Assembly: GCA_023205875.1 (NCBI GenBank)
Contig: CP060756.1
Location: 372,001-436,000, forward strand
Length of the DNA: 64,000 bases
Reading direction: 5' to 3'
Origin: Chloropicon primus
Taxonomy: Eukaryota
Made by a program: the position numbers and the translations under genes. The notes under the pieces were generated by a model that did not search any database, was not told the DNA's origin, and saw nothing but the letters and a program-made list of their open reading frames with translations. Every line of letters begins with the position of its first letter. Position 1 is the stretch's first letter. Positions 1 to 9,386 of the stretch are shown one piece after another.

Positions 1-404
1 CTTCTTCCTCATCCCTGGCACGACTCGGAGGGAGAGATCCTCTTCCAACAACAAGTTGTCGAGGACTCCGGACGCCAAAATGGTCAACCGAGGTACCAAA
101 CGAAAGACCTCGACGTCTAGTTTCCCGATGCGTGATCCTCCTTCCCTCCCTCTTCCCCTCTCGTACTCAATCAACCAATCAATCCATGCGCCGCTCACCA
201 AAGCGCGCGAGCTGTCAGTCGAAATCGTTTTGGAAGGAGCGACGACGATGGGGATGGGAATGGAGGAAGGAGGACGAGGGTATTGAGGACGGGGACGGGA
301 GAGGGACGGGGTTGAAGGATATTGATGCGAAAGATCATCGCTTGGGCTTTCCGTAGATCATTCGTTCGAAGGATTTGGCTTAGGGGTGAAGCTGGTGGAA
401 GGTC

Positions 405-2312
405 ATGAAGAGGCTTGCTGACTTGGGCAGGAGCTCGATAAAGAGCTCCCTTGGGTTCATAACAGGGTCGGACAAGGTTCCCGGGTCGCCAGGCAATGAG
501 GAGAAGGAAGGCAAGTGGTCTCACCAGGGCCAGGAGGTCGTCAAGGGGAAGAGGAGGTTGCCGTGGGAGCCGAGAACGGAAGCGGAGGTGCCGTACGAAA
601 GAGAGCTGAGGAGCAAGATACTGAGGCTATCGCTTGACACGAGTGTCTGGCTCGAGGGGTATCGAGAGAGCGAGAGGGTGGGCGTCGAGGAAGTGATGGA
701 CCAGGCAGGGGACATGCTGCAAGTGGACGAGAACCTTAGGAACGTGAGGTTCTCGCTGGTTCCGAAAGTCCTGACCGAGGAGGAGTTCTGGGAGAGGTAC
801 TTTGCTGCCATAGCCAGGGTGAGGGTTCGCGTCCTGGAGGCTTCGTCATCAAAAGCAGAGTTGGCGGTGGAGGAGCAGGAGGAGGAGGCGGTGGAGAAGG
901 CGTGCTTGGCGCTGAAAAACATGTCTGCGGGCGGCACGTCTGTGGGCAGCAGCAAACTGGGGAGAAGGCTGGACGTGAGGGCAAAGCAGTTGAGGCACAT
1001 GGCTCGGGCTCTGGAGACGGCAAAGGGGTATCGCAAAATGGAGGACCTCGCTGATGCCGGGAAACCCAGCACGAGCGCTTCGAGAAGCACGGGTTGGAAA
1101 GGCGTGTTGGCCAGCAAGGTGGAGGCGGGAAGAAACATGCTGGCCAAGAAGATGAGCGGGGGAGGGAGGCAGGAGAAGGTCCTTTGGGACCTCTTCGATC
1201 CAGAAGACGCCAAGGAGGCGGACTGGGATGTAGTGAAAGCTTTCTTTCCCTCCACCATGAAGATGACAGCGCAAATTGCCGCAGCTGGCCCTTGCTCTTT
1301 CCTGGGTCACCTGGCCAACGAAATGGGCAAGATGACCACGATGGCCCAAATGTCTCTGTTCTGGGTCCAAGTGGTCGAGGAGATCAGGTGGCACTTCAGG
1401 AACTTGAAAACGATACCCCGGGTTCCTCCCGGAGCACCAGATCTGCAATCCTGCCCCCTCAATCAGAAGCTCATGCTCCTGAACGCGTGCATCGGGAGGA
1501 AGGCGAGGTTCGCGGCGCAGTTGGCGAAGAAGGACGAGGACCCCGTGCTGGAGGTGAAGCTGGCGGACGGTACGCTTGTGCGGAGGAGGGGTCACAAGTC
1601 ACCGATCGAAGGGATGAAAATGATCTCCACGGGAGAGGACGTGTTCGTGCCGCACACCCAGGAAGAAGGATCAGTGCTCACCGAAGAGCTGATGAGGGAG
1701 CAGGAGGACCTGATCAGCAAGACCGGCACGATTGGGCCTGGACTCCAGCAGCTCCTTAGCGACATGGAGGCCTTCAAGGCTGCCAACCCTGGCTCAATCC
1801 TGGCCGACTTTGTCCGCTGGTACAGCCCAGCGGATTGGGAGAAGAGGGAGGGCGAGGAGCCCTGCCTGAGCTCGAGGATGAGAGAGCCGGGCAACATGTG
1901 GACGGAGATGTTCAAGAAGGCCAGGCCCGTGCCCTCATCGGAGCAGAACCCGCTCTTCGACTTTGATTACCACGGTGAGATGACCATCGAATCTTTGGTC
2001 GAGATTGCCCCATCCGACCTCTTTGAGCAGCTCTTCATCGTGTCCATCTGCATACGGCACGCGCTGCTGGAGGAGGAGTCGATCAACCTCAAAGAGACGG
2101 AGCCGAACAGCAAGGTGATGGCGGCAGTGGCAGAGAGCGAGGAGTTTTCCGTCACAACGATCAGCCGGGGGATGTCCTCATCGAAAGTGGAGAAAATCTG
2201 CAACGCTTACGAGACGGTGGAGGATTTCATCTTCAACTGCATGCCCGAGGAGCATCTTGACGAGGAGCTGTACGAGTCGGACTACCACGAGACGCCTTGG
2301 GGGATCCTGTGA
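405..2312 (+). CDS. RAB3GAP1: Rab3 GTPase-activating protein catalytic subunit with N-terminal BSD domain
   Basis: Intronless 635-aa ORF. It has the Rab3GAP1 signatures LNQKLMLLNACI and LLSDMEAFKAANPGSILADFVRWYSPADW, and the BSD motif DENLRNVRFSLVPKVLTEEEFWERYF near the N-terminus. Confidence 0.9.
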   Translation: MKRLADLGRSSIKSSLGFITGSDKVPGSPGNEEKEGKWSHQGQEVVKGKRRLPWEPRTEAEVPYERELRSKILRLSLDTSVWLEGYRESERVGVEEVMDQAGDMLQVDENLRNVRFSLVPKVLTEEEFWERYFAAIARVRVRVLEASSSKAELAVEEQEEEAVEKACLALKNMSAGGTSVGSSKLGRRLDVRAKQLRHMARALETAKGYRKMEDLADAGKPSTSASRSTGWKGVLASKVEAGRNMLAKKMSGGGRQEKVLWDLFDPEDAKEADWDVVKAFFPSTMKMTAQIAAAGPCSFLGHLANEMGKMTTMAQMSLFWVQVVEEIRWHFRNLKTIPRVPPGAPDLQSCPLNQKLMLLNACIGRKARFAAQLAKKDEDPVLEVKLADGTLVRRRGHKSPIEGMKMISTGEDVFVPHTQEEGSVLTEELMREQEDLISKTGTIGPGLQQLLSDMEAFKAANPGSILADFVRWYSPADWEKREGEEPCLSSRMREPGNMWTEMFKKARPVPSSEQNPLFDFDYHGEMTIESLVEIAPSDLFEQLFIVSICIRHALLEEESINLKETEPNSKVMAAVAESEEFSVTTISRGMSSSKVEKICNAYETVEDFIFNCMPEEHLDEELYESDYHETPWGIL

Positions 2313-2369
2313 GCATTCTTCTTTTTTCTTGAAGACCCGGAAGTCTTGTTTTATAATACAAAAATTAGT

Positions 2370-4241
2370 TTACTCCGCAGCTGGAGCTTGGCCGGCCTGG
2401 CGCAAGACGTGCATGGCCTCGCCAACCTTGGCGTTGAGAGCACCCTGGTCCTCGATGAGGTGGAGCACCTCGGACTGGTCCATCTCCAAGAGCATACCAG
2501 TGACCTTGGCGGCGGCGGTTGGCTCGACAGCCTCAACAAGAGGGTACAAGGCCTCTCCGATGATGATCCTCTGCTGGTCTGGGGAAGCCTGAGCGAGCTG
2601 GGCGGCAAGGGAAGCGGTTCCGTTGCCGCTCTCCTGCTGACCACCGAGAGGGACCTGGTTGGCGCCCATGGCCTCTCCCTGGTTCCTCATGTTGGGGTTC
2701 ATCCTCACGCCTCTGTTGCCTCTTCCCATCTGCTGGGGTCCTCTGTTCCTGTTCCTTCCCTGCTGCCTGTTTCCTTGCATCATTGGGACGAAGTACTGTG
2801 GAAGGCCTGGGGCTCCTGGCCTGACACCGTGCATCATGGTTGGGTACATACCTGGCTGAGGTGGCATGCCGACCTGAGGAGGGAAGTACATCTGGTTTCC
2901 AGCGACCGCTGGTCCACCTGGGTACATCTGCATGCCTGGCTGGAGGCCAGCTGGCAGCCCAGTCCTCGCGGTGAACTGAGCCTTCAGCCTGGCCTGGCGC
3001 TCCTCCTTCCTCTGGGCCAAAGCCACGTAGAGAGGCTTGCCCTTGACCATCTTGCCGTTCATCTCGGTGACGGCGCGGGTGGCCTCCTCGGGGGAGCTGA
3101 AGGCGACAAAACCGGATCCCCTGGAGGTTCCGGCTGGGTCCTTCATGATCTTGCAGGAGATGATGGTTCCGAACTCGTTGAAGAGCTCCCTGAGCTGGGC
3201 GTCGTCAACAGTGTCGGTCAAGTTCTTCAAGTAGAGGTTGGCTCCAGCGAACTTCTCCGCTCTCTCCTTCCTCTCCTGGTCGAACTTGGCCTTGAGCTGG
3301 GCCTCCCTCTCGGACTTCTTCTGAGCCCTGCAGACCACCAAGGTCTTCTCCTCGCTGATCTGGTGGCCGTCAAACTTCTCCACAGCAGCGGCGGCGTGGT
3401 CAGGGTCCTCGTAGTTGATGAAACCAAAGCCCTTGCTCTTCCCCTCGGCGCCCTTCATGATCGCCACGGAGGTGGTCTCCCCGACGGACTCGAAGAGCTC
3501 CTTGAGCTTCTCGTCGGTGTAGTCCTCAGGAATGTTCTTCACGTAGATGTTGCAGAACTTTCCGTCCTTGTCGGCGGACCTGTCCAAGCGGCGGACGAAG
3601 GGGGCGACGTACACGACCTTGTCACGCAACAACTTGCCGTGGACCTTGTCGATGGCCTTCTGGGCAGCCTCCTCCGAGTCGAACTGGACGAATCCAAAGC
3701 CCTTGGAGACCCCGGAGCCGTCGCTCATGATCTTCGCCGAGGTGATGTTTCCGAACTGGGCGAAGGTGTCGTGGAGCTCCTTGTTGTCGATGGACTTGTC
3801 CAAGTTCTTGATGAAGATGTTTCCAACTCCGCTCTTCCTCTGGCTTGGGTCGCGCTGGGAGTACATGATACGCATGGGCTTGCCGTTCAGAGGCGCGTAG
3901 TTGAGCATCTCCATGGCCTGCCTGGCGTCAGCGACGTTGCTGAAGTTCACGTACGCGTACCCAAGGGACCTGCGGGTGATGAGATCACGGCAGACACGGA
4001 TGGACACCACATGGCCGAACTGGTTGAAGAGCTCGTACAGCTGAGCCTCGCTCACGCTCGGGTCCAAGTCTCCCACGTACAAGGACGTCCCGCTCAAGTT
4101 TCCATCCTTGGCGTTCTCCCCTCCCTGGGCTCCCTGGGCTCCCTCTCCTTCCTTGTTGGCGGCCGGCGCCTCCGTTGCCTCGGCGGCGTCCGCGGCTGGT
4201 GGCGCGGCCTGCTCTGGTGCTTGCTCAGTTGCGGTGCTCAT
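2370..4241 (-). CDS. PABP: Cytoplasmic polyadenylate-binding protein (4 RRM + MLLE)
   Basis: Four RRMs (SLYVGDL...SLGYAYVNF; SKGFGFVQF; SKGFGFINY; SRGSGFVAF) and a C-terminal MLLE domain (AAKVTGMLLEMD). ATG at 4241 (MSTATEQ). Confidence 0.97.
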   Translation of the reverse strand: MSTATEQAPEQAAPPAADAAEATEAPAANKEGEGAQGAQGGENAKDGNLSGTSLYVGDLDPSVSEAQLYELFNQFGHVVSIRVCRDLITRRSLGYAYVNFSNVADARQAMEMLNYAPLNGKPMRIMYSQRDPSQRKSGVGNIFIKNLDKSIDNKELHDTFAQFGNITSAKIMSDGSGVSKGFGFVQFDSEEAAQKAIDKVHGKLLRDKVVYVAPFVRRLDRSADKDGKFCNIYVKNIPEDYTDEKLKELFESVGETTSVAIMKGAEGKSKGFGFINYEDPDHAAAAVEKFDGHQISEEKTLVVCRAQKKSEREAQLKAKFDQERKERAEKFAGANLYLKNLTDTVDDAQLRELFNEFGTIISCKIMKDPAGTSRGSGFVAFSSPEEATRAVTEMNGKMVKGKPLYVALAQRKEERQARLKAQFTARTGLPAGLQPGMQMYPGGPAVAGNQMYFPPQVGMPPQPGMYPTMMHGVRPGAPGLPQYFVPMMQGNRQQGRNRNRGPQQMGRGNRGVRMNPNMRNQGEAMGANQVPLGGQQESGNGTASLAAQLAQASPDQQRIIIGEALYPLVEAVEPTAAAKVTGMLLEMDQSEVLHLIEDQGALNAKVGEAMHVLRQAGQAPAAE

Positions 4242-4253
4242 CCTTCTCCAGAG

Positions 4254-4492
4254 TTTATTATTTTTTTTTTCTTCAAACACACACGAAAACGAACCAAAGC
4301 AGTCGGCGTCAGAACAAACACACGCCCACGGCCATGGCATGAGAAAAACGAGGACTTTGCTTTTGTGTTTCTCAGCAGGTACTGAGGCTCATGACGGGTT
4401 GCCGGGCTCGAAATGACGAGCGTGTCCAGGTGGAGGGAGAGGTCGCGGCGTCCTTACCTTTTTTTTTTTACTTTTTACTTTTTATTTTTTTT
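4254..4492 (-). promoter_or_regulatory. A-rich PABP 5'UTR element interrupted by a predicted intron (4271-4457)
   Basis: On the minus strand the A-rich run at 4492-4458 ends at AG|GTAAGG. A CTGAC branch point lies at about 4308-4312 and an acceptor TTTGAAG| at 4271, followed by A10-TAATAAA just before the ATG. Confidence 0.7.
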
Positions 4493-5270
4493 GGTTTCAA
4501 GGACGACGGACGAAGGCCTTGAAGCGTTTTTATGGCGGTCGATCCCGTTTGGCTCCTCCACACGATTTTCGATCTCTTTCCTTTTTCCCCTCGCGAAGGA
4601 CGTTCGTTCAAAAAATAGTTTGTGTAGAAATTCCTTCTTCTTTGGGGTCCTGCCGCCAGCAGAAAAAACAAAAAAAAGGCAGAGGCGGCTGGGGGGGACA
4701 GATGAAGACGACATGGCGCGGACGAGGACTTGATGGATGGTGGTGAATGGGGGAGAGGGGGAGGGCAAGGGGAGGGATGGAGGGATGCACGCGTGTGCGT
4801 TGTCCCTTGGGATGATCCGAAGAGTCGTTTCACTTTTGTGGGAAAGGTTTGGGATCATTAGGATTGAGGACGTTGGTGAGGAGGAGGAGGGATGAGGAGG
4901 ATGAAGTGACAGAGTGATGATTAGGATTGAGGACGAGGAGGACGACTGGAGGGGTCTGGAGGGGGGTGTTCGATCGTGGTGCGAGAGGTGGGGTGAGGGG
5001 GGGAAGAACTAGGCGGGATCGTGATCCGAATCCGATTGGGATGATTGGTTGTAACTGACGGCTGTCGCTCTTGCCTTGTGCCCCCCCAGTTGTCATCGTC
5101 CGTCCCCCTGGCCTCGCCCAGAGGTGGTCGGTTCCAAGACACACGAAGAAAGATATATATTATTAAATGCTTTCGGATTTTTTCGTCCGCGCGATTGCCG
5201 CCTCCAGCTCAAATCGCAATCTCAATCTCGAGCTTTCCTTTCCTCGACTCAACCGAACGCAGGTCGCCGC

Positions 5271-6659
5271 CTAAAGCTCCTTGAGGTCATCCAGGGAGAT
5301 CTCGTCCTCGGCCACGATGACCCCGTCCTTCCCGTCCCACGGCATGGTGGTGGAAGCCTCGAGGTTCCCCGTGACGGCGGAGACGCTGGCCTTCCCCTTC
5401 CTGAGCTCCTTGACCAGGGTGTCGATCTCCTTGGCGGTGAAGCTGGACTTGAGGGTGGCGTACGCCCGCTTCTTGGGGCTGTACAGCACGAGAGCCGGGT
5501 AGCCGAAGCCGCCGACCTGGAACTGGGACTCGAGGTTGGGTTGGGACCCGGCCGCGGCCCACAGGTAGCTGTAGGGGAGCCCCGCGTACAGCTTGGAGAC
5601 GTCGTTCAGGGTCTGGATGTACGCGTTCCTTCCCTTGGCCTGGGTGTCCAGGATGTCGGGCAAGAAGGCCACGACGCAGAGGTGGTGCCTGGGCTCCCCC
5701 TCGCCGACCCCCACGCAGTTCTTCTCGAAGTCGTCCTGGCTGGTGAGCTCCAAGGCCTTGGTCGCCATGGACTTGGCGTGCTTGTCCTTGGCGAACTTCA
5801 CCAGGCTGCCTTGGTCCCTGGACCCCTCGTACTTCTGGGGGCCCTTCAAGGGGCCGAAGTACATGAGCGTCGGGAATCCCTGGACGCCGAACTTCTGGCA
5901 CACCGGCTTGTTCATCTCGTCGTCGCAGTTGACCGCGGCGAAGTTGACGGTCCCGTGGAGCTCCTTCGCGGCAGCGGACCACGCCGGCTTGAGGTTCTTG
6001 CAGTGGCCGCACCAAGGGGCGTAGAACTCGACCATCCAGTGGTCCTCCCTCTTGCTCTTGCTCTTCACGGTCTTGTCGAAGTTCTTGGAGTCCACGGTGA
6101 CGACGAACTCGTCGTTCTTGTAGAACCCACCCGAGGACGACGGAGGAGGAGTCGGCCTGTCCCTCTTCTCCTGCTGCCTGCCCTTCGAGCCTCCCGGGCC
6201 ACCCTTCTTCTTGATGCCCAGCCTGAAGTCCACCGCGCTCTTCGCGGCCTTCATGCCGAAGGACGAAATCGCCTTGGCCGTCCTCTCGCCCTTGTAATCC
6301 TCCTCGAAGTCCACCTTACCCTTGCTCACGGAGAAGGCCTTGATCGTGGGCAAGCTCTTGATTTGGTACTTAGAACCAGCCCCCTTGTTCGCGTCCACGT
6401 CTATCGCCGCGACCGTGTTGATCCCCTTCATCGCCGTCGCGAGCTTCTCCCACTCCGGCTTCAAATTCTTGCAATGGCCGCACCAAGGAGCGAAGAACTC
6501 CACGAGGTACACGCCGTCCTTTTGCATCATCTTCTTGATCTTCTCGTCGTCCAAGACTTTCACGGGCGAGTCCTTTGCGTACATCGCCTCGCAGGTCGAT
6601 GTCATGACAACAAGTGCGACCAGGCATCCCGCCGCCAACCCCATGCCTCTCGTCCTCAT
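5271..6659 (-). CDS. PDIA6: Protein disulfide isomerase A6/P5-type
   Basis: Signal peptide, two WCGHCK thioredoxin motifs, a P5-type b domain (FGYPALV, MPWDGKDG) and a C-terminal ER retrieval-like KEL. Confidence 0.95.
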   Translation of the reverse strand: MRTRGMGLAAGCLVALVVMTSTCEAMYAKDSPVKVLDDEKIKKMMQKDGVYLVEFFAPWCGHCKNLKPEWEKLATAMKGINTVAAIDVDANKGAGSKYQIKSLPTIKAFSVSKGKVDFEEDYKGERTAKAISSFGMKAAKSAVDFRLGIKKKGGPGGSKGRQQEKRDRPTPPPSSSGGFYKNDEFVVTVDSKNFDKTVKSKSKREDHWMVEFYAPWCGHCKNLKPAWSAAAKELHGTVNFAAVNCDDEMNKPVCQKFGVQGFPTLMYFGPLKGPQKYEGSRDQGSLVKFAKDKHAKSMATKALELTSQDDFEKNCVGVGEGEPRHHLCVVAFLPDILDTQAKGRNAYIQTLNDVSKLYAGLPYSYLWAAAGSQPNLESQFQVGGFGYPALVLYSPKKRAYATLKSSFTAKEIDTLVKELRKGKASVSAVTGNLEASTTMPWDGKDGVIVAEDEISLDDLKEL

Positions 6660-7281
6660 CACTCCTCTCGCTCCTCTCTCTCTCTCTCTCCTTGAACCCT
6701 CTCGCCTACGCGCCAGGTCATCTCCTCCCTCCCGGCGGGGGGAAGGCATCCCAAGGAAAGGAAAGGAGGCCAAAGGTAAGGCAAAGGCAAAGGTTTGGGT
6801 CGATGTGTGCGTGCGTGGATGGGAAAGGAAAAGGAGGGAGCAATGGGATGCAAAGAATCGTCTCTCGATCTTTCGTGTGAACTCTCGCTTGAACGAAATG
6901 GCGCCGTGGGGAGGAAGTTGTGGTGGGACTGATCATGAAATCATTGCTTTTCTCTTTGCTTCAACTCAAGGTCATCACCATATCACCGGGTATCGGGTCA
7001 GCTGGCGCGCAAAGTTCGCGGCTTGGGGAGACTGTCTCGCTTGCACGGGGAGTAAGGACCGCAGCATCGAGCCTGCATCGTTTGGGACTTGGAAATCGGG
7101 GGGCTATCGTCTTGGGGCCAAGGCAAACCAAAGTGGGGCAGCTCCGAGGTTGCTCAGCGACCGGCCGTCGTTCCTGAGGGAGGGGGGGGCTCGGCGTGGT
7201 TCCCGGGCCGGGCAGAGCAGGACAGCCGCCCTCCGCGCGGTCTGTGGATTGGTGTGCCAGGGAAAGGGGTGGTGGTGCAGG

Positions 7282-7599
7282 ATGGATGCGTCCAAGTTGG
7301 ACGAGCTGTGCGATTTCTCGGAGCAGGACAAGGAGGCCGCAAGGTATCGAAAGTTCGAGAGCGAAGTGAGCCCGAGCAGCACGTACGCGGTGGACGACAA
7401 CTGGAGGATGGTGCCGATGAAGGACTTGCATCCGCTGAAGTTCGCCCTGCTCGGCGAGCGGGGGACCCGCGGCGCCGGGGCGAGGAGCTACCACATCTCC
7501 GTGCCGAGGAAAGTCATCGAGGAGTCCAAGTTCAGGCTCGTGCGGAGCAACCAGAGCAAGCACAACTCTTTCAGCCTCACGAGCCACGTCGCGCTGTAG
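7282..7599 (+). CDS. Small hypothetical protein (105 aa, MDASKLDEL...)
   Basis: ATG-initiated ORF with the local coding codon bias (GAG/AAG/TTC), followed by a more AT-rich spacer. No family recognised. Confidence 0.6.
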   Translation: MDASKLDELCDFSEQDKEAARYRKFESEVSPSSTYAVDDNWRMVPMKDLHPLKFALLGERGTRGAGARSYHISVPRKVIEESKFRLVRSNQSKHNSFSLTSHVAL

Positions 7600-7748
7600 C
7601 AGCAGTCGTGTGAGAGGCTCAGAGATTAAGGGTACAGTAGTATATATCAGCAAAGTTATGTGTTCGATCCACGCCATGCACGTCGGGTACTTCAACTTGG
7701 GGGGGGGAGGAATGGTGAATCTTAAGTTACTCGGATCCGCGAACGCCT

Positions 7749-8735
7749 CTATGGCTCGCTCTTCACTTCTTCTTGGGTCTTGTCGCCGCCCTCCTCCTTC
7801 GCTTGCGTCGCGGGTCCCTGACCCGAGGGGTTGGAGCCCAACATGTTGAGGGGCGTCTTGGGCGAGGGGCTCTCCGTGACGACGGCGGCTTGGTTGTTGC
7901 CCTCGTTGCCTTCGTTGCCCTCGGCCTTGATGGGAATCTTCAGGGCCTCCGCCAATCCGTCCGGAAGCTCGCTGTCGTCCTTGACGCCCTTCTTCCTGTA
8001 GTACTGCACGAGGAGCTCCGAGGACGCCTTCCTCAGGTCGTCCATCTTCTTCACCTTCTCGCCCATCCACGACTTGAGCATGGAGTTCTCCTGCTCCAGG
8101 GCCCTCTCCCTCGCCTTCTCCTTCTGCAGCTCGACCTTGAGGGCCGCGTGCTGCTGCCTGAGCGTGTGGTGCTCCTGCTCCTTCTGCTTGCTCCTCACCC
8201 TCTGCCTCTTGTTCTGGAACCAGATCACCACCTGCCTCTCCTCCATGTTCAGCATCTGCCCAAGCTGCTTCCTCCTCGCCTCCGTGGGGTTGGGGCAAAG
8301 CTCGAAGACGGACTCCAGAACCTCGAGCTGCTGGGTGCTCCTCCTCCTCCCCGACGAGCTAGAGGTGGTCTTGTTGTGGTCGCCCGAAGACGCCTGGGCG
8401 CAGTGAGCTTGGGGCAACGGCAGCACCACCGCGGCGGAGGGGTCCTGCAAGGGCCTCTTGGCCCCCGCCAGGGGGTGGTTGAACGGGTTGCTCGTCGTCG
8501 TCGTCGCCACCCCCGCGACGGGGACGTCGCTCGCCTGCTTCAGCGCGGCCAGCAGGCTCGTCGTCGTCGCCGCGGCGAGGGGCTGCTGGAAGATGGGGTT
8601 GCCCAGCTCCACGTCCACGGCGGTAGACGGCTGGTGAAGCGCAGCCGCAGCAGCAGCCGCCGAGGTCCCCGCCGAGGAGGCAGCGGGAGCGCCCGCCGGC
8701 CCGATGTCGCTCAACAACTTGCTCAGAGGGTCCAT
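7749..8735 (-). CDS. Homeodomain-leucine zipper-like transcription factor
   Basis: Homeodomain RRRSTQQLEVLESVF...ERQVVIWFQNKRQR is directly followed by the coiled coil KQKEQEHHTLRQQHAALKVEL...LEQENSML. Confidence 0.88.
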   Translation of the reverse strand: MDPLSKLLSDIGPAGAPAASSAGTSAAAAAAALHQPSTAVDVELGNPIFQQPLAAATTTSLLAALKQASDVPVAGVATTTTSNPFNHPLAGAKRPLQDPSAAVVLPLPQAHCAQASSGDHNKTTSSSSGRRRSTQQLEVLESVFELCPNPTEARRKQLGQMLNMEERQVVIWFQNKRQRVRSKQKEQEHHTLRQQHAALKVELQKEKARERALEQENSMLKSWMGEKVKKMDDLRKASSELLVQYYRKKGVKDDSELPDGLAEALKIPIKAEGNEGNEGNNQAAVVTESPSPKTPLNMLGSNPSGQGPATQAKEEGGDKTQEEVKSEP

Positions 8736-8785
8736 CTCTTCTCTCTGCGAGGGTTGCGGTGCCAACTACGGCACGCGTGAACGCA

Positions 8786-8820
8786 AAAGAAAAAGAAAAA
8801 GAAAAAGAAAAAGAAAAAAG
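8786..8820. repeat. (AAAAAG)n hexanucleotide tandem repeat upstream of the HD-Zip gene
   Basis: About six copies are visible. They form a pyrimidine tract on the minus strand before a possible CCGTAG acceptor at about 8766. Confidence 0.85.
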
Positions 8821-9051
8821 AACGTAACGCACGGGGAGGCCCTCTCCTCCTCGAGTTGTCCACGACCGGGTTGGGTTGCGAAGGCTCTGCCCTCGTTCTC
8901 GGTTCTCGGTCCTCGGTTCTCGTTCTTGGTCGCGAAGGAGGTCGTTCGTGAGGTTATGTTTGCCGCACGTCAACGCGTACGACCCACTCAACCGTTTATT
9001 CTTCGACCAATCGATTGTGCGTAAGACGCAATTGATTATTAAGGTAGAAAA

Positions 9052-9290
9052 AAAAATTAGGGTTTCTGGCCCTTGGGAAAAAATTAGGGTTTCGTGGGCC
9101 GTTACTCATAACGCTTGAGTGTGAGGAGGTTGGCGTTGCGTTGCGTTGTTGTGTTGGTGCTCGGAGGAGGGGCTCGGAGTCTTTGTACAAGGCGCGGGTC
9201 TCTCTCTCTCTCTCTCTCTCTCTTGTGTGTGTGTGTGTGTGCCTTAAGACGCGCACAACAACAACAACAACCCAAAAGGTCAAACCCTAA
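9052..9290. promoter_or_regulatory. Telo-box-like motifs (TTAGGGTTT twice, AAACCCTAA once) with adjacent GGCCC/TGGGCC
   Basis: aaaaattagggtttctggccc (9052-9072), aaaaattagggtttcgtgggcc (9078-9100) and caaaccctaa (9281-9290) lie in a divergent intergenic region. Confidence 0.55.
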
Positions 9291-9352
9291 CTCTTTTTGC
9301 TGTTGACCTTTACCTCTGCCTCCTCTCCCTTCAACGACGGAACAGGAGCAGG

Positions 9353-9383
<31 letters not shown>

Positions 9384-9386
<3 letters not shown>

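Noticed and set aside
1..300. Possible start of a minus-strand gene leaving the window (ATG AGG AAG AAG at 12-1)
   Set aside because: Too little sequence is in the window to support a call.
2346..4385. 679-aa ORF antisense to PABP, and similar shadow ORFs over the PDI, lipase, ZIP4 and GPI8 genes
   Set aside because: Same codon-bias shadow effect, with low-information Leu/Val/Gly- or Arg/Gly/Pro-rich translations.
4855..5060. Repeated TTAGGATTGAGGACG and a possible C box (GTGATGA) / D box (CTGA) snoRNA
   Set aside because: Low-complexity purine-rich promoter DNA with no terminal stem or identifiable rRNA guide.
9007..9040. CAATCGATTG palindrome as an HD-Zip autoregulatory site
   Set aside because: It has two central bases rather than the one in CAATNATTG, so it is too weak without binding data.
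9281..9291. AACCCTAAC as a possible telomerase RNA template
   Set aside because: A single short motif with no supporting promoter or structure. It is better explained as a telo-box.
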